DNA of 64,000 nt from Asterias rubens (Eukaryota), in contig NC_047080.1 in the NCBI RefSeq assembly GCF_902459465.1, forward strand, positions 10,354,001 to 10,418,000, written 5' to 3'. Position 1 is the stretch's first letter. Each line of letters begins with the position of its first letter. Shown here in pieces: positions 60,201 through 64,000 of this stretch. Made by a program: the position numbers and the translations under genes. The notes below the pieces were generated by a model that made no database searches, was not told the origin of the DNA, and saw only the letters and a program-made list of their open reading frames with translations.

Positions 60201-62754
60201 CATTCATACCCCCTGTGCCTTTGAGCAATATTTAACACACATTGCTTTGTCCTTCGGATGGGACATTAAGCCATAGGTCCCGTGTACTGGGATTGGTAGT
60301 GCACGTTAAACACTTACCGTGGAAGAGTAGGGGTTAACCCCGGTGTTTCTGGTTTATTGCAAGCACCCGTAATTTGACCAGGTCAATCTATAAATCTCGG
60401 CAATGTGCGCATGCTCATAACTACGCAATGGAAATTTACCTGATGAGTCTGCTGCCACCTAGCGTTCATAAAACGTCCATTAGAATTTAGATTCTGATGG
60501 GTTTGTTCTTGTTTTGCATTGTAACAGGTGGACTTGATGTGTATTACGTCAATTACCATATATTTTTAGCACCAGAATACAAGGACGTCATACAACAAAC
60601 GGAACAGCTACTTACTCAAGCTTGTTTATTCTCACCTGAAACAAGCTGGTACATAAAGGTCCTCACAACAGGTTTGTTATTTCATTTAAAACACGGTATG
60701 AGTAAAAAAAAAAGTGTTTAAAGTATAAAGTCAAACTTTGGTCATGACCCCGAAACATGTATGTAACTTTTGAGTCGAAAGCCTACTTGTTGAGTCGAAA
60801 GCCTACTTGTTATAAAGATGATACATGACAGTTGCTATGTCAAATGACCCGGGAATGCTTTTGTATAGCAACCTCCAGAAGAGCACCCTCTGATTTATTG
60901 GAACCTTGCTCACCATTCTTCCCCTACCAGGGCCCAACTTCATAGAGCTGCTAAGCACAAAAATTTGCTTAGCATGAAATTTCTGCCTCGATAAAAACCG
61001 GATAACCAACAACATTTCCACATGATTTGAGCAAACATCAGCTGAACACCTGTAACAAGCAATATGCAACAAATGGAAATTTGGATGGTAATCCTGTTTT
61101 TATCAAGGAAGAAATTTCATGCTAAGCAAATTTGTGTGCTTAGCAGCTCTATGAAATTGGCCCCTGGACTTAAAGGAACACGTTGCCTTGGATCGGACGA
61201 GTTGGTCTATGAAAAGCGTTTGTAACCGTTTGTTATAAAATGCATATGGTTAGAAAGAGGTTTTAAAAGTAGAACGAAATTGCGTGGTATTCCTTTTATT
61301 TTTATTTTTATATTGGATTAACACAATCGAGATGTTAAAAAAAAAAAAAAAAAAAGGCTCGCCCTTAAAGGATTAGGGTACTTTTTGGACGACACAGAAC
61401 GCAAACGTACACAGATTTACATTAAAATTACAAGGTTTAAAGGTAACGATAGAAGAAATCTTCTCTTAAAATATGTCTTGCTGAGATGGTTAAATTTTTG
61501 AAAAATTTGTAAAACAATTTTACACAAATTATTTTAACATGCGCAACGGATTTACGCAACTCTCCTGAAAAAGATGCTCTGTGCTTTCCATTTTTTTTCT
61601 TAAAAACTTTGACGACTTATGAAGCTGAAACTTTTACAGGTAAATTGTACTATACATACATCTTCATTCGCATGGCAGTGTGTAGGTATTCATGTCATGG
61701 CCAAAACCTGATCTACAAAAGGTATCAAAACCCTTCATTAACGTAAAAGTAGTTATGATTTTCCCCGCTTCTTTTACACACAGGAAGTCCGTATGGTTAT
61801 TATGGAAACAGTGTAAAACTTGTACCAGACAAGGAGTTGCGTCATCTGCCGCCTGAGTGGTTGCAAGGTCTTACCATTCAAATGCACATTGACCAGTTCC
61901 CAGCTACATCACTGACGAATCGCTGCAACGTACCTCTCCTTAAAAGACTCCCAAACGAAAAGTACAACCTGAACATAACTGCACAACTTAATGGTGAGAC
62001 TTGTGGACAAGTCGTTAAATCGGCCCCACGCGCTGAGATAGTCCAGTTGTGGCGGAGCTCTCTCGCGAGATCACTGCTCTCGCGCGAACTGATGGCTTCC
62101 CGATTTCTACTCCAATGAGCCATCAGTTCGAGCAGTGATCTCGCGAGAGTTCCGCCACAACTCGACTATCTCAGCGCGTGGGGCCGATTTAACGACTTGT
62201 CCACTTAATGTAACTATTTGCATGTATTTTTCCAGAAAGAAATAACTTGTAAAGGATACAGATCAAAATATTGTGAATTGCTCTTTTCGCAGCGCGCCCC
62301 CCCCCAAAAAAAAAAAAACACAGTAAAAAACAAAACAGCTACATGTATATTGATAAATTGAAATAAAATATTATATAAACATATGTACTCTATAAGGAAC
62401 CTACCACTAATTCTATCTATTTAAAGGGAAGATACTATGTTTGGTAACCAATCTTAAAATTAATGGCAATAATAATTATATATATAAAAAATGGTAAGGA
62501 GTACAGCAGCTTTCGATAGAGCATTTTGAGAATCATTTAACTTTAAAGTCATGGACAATAATTAGGTTTTCTGACAGGTCATCGGAGGGTTAAATGTGGT
62601 GATGTACTTTTGTTACTCTCCACAGGTTGCCCATCTGGCCGATATGGGGGTACATGTAACCAAACATGTTCCTGTGTTCAGGGAGTTGAGTGCCATAGCT
62701 TCAATGGGATCTGTATGTGTCCCCCTGGACTTGAAGGAACGCGTTGTGAACACA
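57273..62754 (+). CDS. Secreted or membrane protein with a MEGF/Tie-type EGF-like repeat; 5' part only, probably continues beyond the window
   Basis: Phase-compatible exons: 57273-57437 (signal peptide MSSSSVSAAAIIIVVTVTVSLSPIVSSG), 59452-59545, 60528-60671, 61784-61867 (uncertain, degenerate), 62626-62754. The last is a 129-nt phase 1-1 exon, GCPSGRYGGTCNQTCSCVQGVECHSFNGICMCPPGLEGTRCEH, a classic 8-Cys laminin/MEGF-type EGF module. That exon is secure; its linkage to the upstream exons is inferred from phase and splice signals only. Confidence 0.62.
58691..59409. repeat. Right copy of the ~720-bp inverted segmental duplication
   Basis: Reverse complement of 47964-48683. It lies in predicted intron 1 of the EGF-repeat gene and ends about 40 bp before the exon 2 acceptor. 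Confidence 0.92.
60124..60366 (+). mobile_element. tRNA-derived SINE with a Deu/Nin-like central domain
   Basis: tRNA head, then TCCTTCGGATGGGACATTAAGCC...GCACGTTAAA...GAAGAGTAGGGGTTAACCCCGGTG, which resembles the DeuSINE (AmnSINE1) core as I recall it. A second copy lies at about 12062-12275. Confidence 0.6.
62003..62204. mobile_element. 202-bp near-perfect palindromic MITE
   Basis: GTGGACAAGTCGTTAAATCGGCCCCACGCGCTGAGATAGTC at the left end and its exact complement at the right end. An older, longer relative lies at 34052-34406. Confidence 0.8.
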
Positions 62755-62774
62755 GTAAGTACATCAAAAGACTT

Positions 62775-62918
62775 AGGCCGTGTCCGAATTAGCGGCTACA
62801 GCTACGGCTACGGCTAGAGATGTCCGCGTCATCATGCTTTGAGGTATAGGACATCCTTAGCAACACCTTTAGCAACAGCCGTAGCCGTAGCTGTAGACGC
62901 CGATTCAGATACGGCCTG
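62775..62918. mobile_element. Short MITE with (CTACGG)n subterminal repeats
   Basis: AGGCCGTGTCCGAATTAGCGGCTACAGCTACGGCTACGGCT is mirrored by AGCCGTAGCCGTAGCTGTAGACGCCGATTCAGATACGGCCT. Confidence 0.7.
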
Positions 62919-64000
62919 ATATAAACCCACTCACAAACTGTTACTCTTATTTCATTTCATTTATTCAGTGCCAAAATGTAGAGCTGCTCAAGCAGATATT
63001 ATAACTATTGCTTAAACAATGTTCTGTTCAGCACAAACGCGCACTGGATACCAGTCACTAATTGTAACTGTGACTTGGCAGTTTGGGTGTGGTAACCTTG
63101 TTCTGGTAACCGTCATTTTGTTGAGCTACTTTTTGCGTTGAAGCAGAAATTTTGAGTGAAGCCAATGACTCATAGAAAAGCCTTACGCCCTACCAGCCAT
63201 GAACCAAAACTTGAGAGAAGACAAAGGAAGGAAGTTTCAGTTTAGATGTGGGAGGAAAAACCGCAGCTATTTATTCCAGGGAAAACCGCACACAGTCTGG
63301 TAGGGACAACACCCTGGCGGACACCTTGGCGGAAGCGTCCAATAGGGTTAACGGGTCCGAGAACCCACGTATCATGTTCCCGGCGTGAATCGAACCGGGG
63401 TCATAGAGGTGGAAGGCGAAGATACCACTACAACAACCCAATAAATGAACCCTTTAAAAGAAAGCAATGCATGTATTGTATTGGTATAAGTTTAATATTA
63501 CAGCCAGTTGTTTAGATCCAATGATATGACGGGGTCTTTAGATCCACATCATCCCCAGACTGGTTTGAAATTACGATACTCCTATCAAAGTTGCTGGTAT
63601 TTCCTCGATACTTGATAATTTGAAATAAAAACACCTGTTTTCTGATTGACCTGTACATCTGCCATCACACTTTGAAGCTCGTGAATTACGCCAGACACCA
63701 GTCTTGCGCTTATGTCCGGATTCGTACATGGAGATTCGCAGTCGAATTCTACATAGACCTATGTATAAAACAACGCTACATGCCTATTCGTGACGTCGTC
63801 AAACATTATGCTCATCACCTCAAACCAAATGTAACACAGATATGGAAAGCTTCGTCACTGCATGTTTATCAAAATGAAGTCATCGTACCCAATGAAATCA
63901 ATGGGCCCGTTAAGACCAGTGACTATAACTGCGGAAAAAGACAGGAGACCACTCCAGTCTATTTTCTTATAAGTGACAACAAAATGTTTTTAAAATAACA

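Noticed and set aside
63672-63998. 108-aa ORF as the next exon of the EGF-repeat gene
   Set aside because: The acceptor is weak, the phase-1 reading stops early, and there is no EGF, Ig or FN3 pattern. It cannot be supported without transcript data.

Overview
AT-rich, intron-rich, repeat-dense animal genomic DNA. It comes from an invertebrate deuterostome and is most likely an echinoderm such as a sea star; that assignment is inferred from gene structures and repeat types. I assembled six spliced protein-coding genes by hand from GT-AG exons with consistent reading phase. (1) MAP2K7/MKK7 on the minus strand: 11 exons in the window, with the last exon apparently off the left edge. (2) FPGS on the plus strand: complete, 12 exons, head-to-head with MAP2K7, with only 521 bp between the two start codons. 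(3) TMEM141 on the minus strand: complete, 4 exons. (4) A complete 5-exon, 429-aa nAChR-like Cys-loop channel subunit on the minus strand that lacks the whole acetylcholine-binding aromatic box. (5) A CPYC dithiol glutaredoxin on the minus strand. (6) The 5' part of a secreted or membrane EGF-repeat protein gene on the plus strand. Introns and intergenic DNA hold many TTAA-flanked (Kolobok-like) and CWG-flanked (Harbinger-like) MITEs, tRNA-derived SINEs, L2/CR1 3' remnants and Penelope-like remnants. The best leads are: the divergent orphan Cys-loop receptor; two hammerhead-ribozyme-like cores on the sense strand of its intron 2; a ~720-bp inverted duplication bracketing ~10 kb that contains the glutaredoxin gene; and a CpG-decay contrast between intronic and intergenic copies of the same repeats. 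I saw no rRNA, no functional tRNA gene and no CRISPR array. Exon coordinates were counted by hand; repeat boundaries are approximate.
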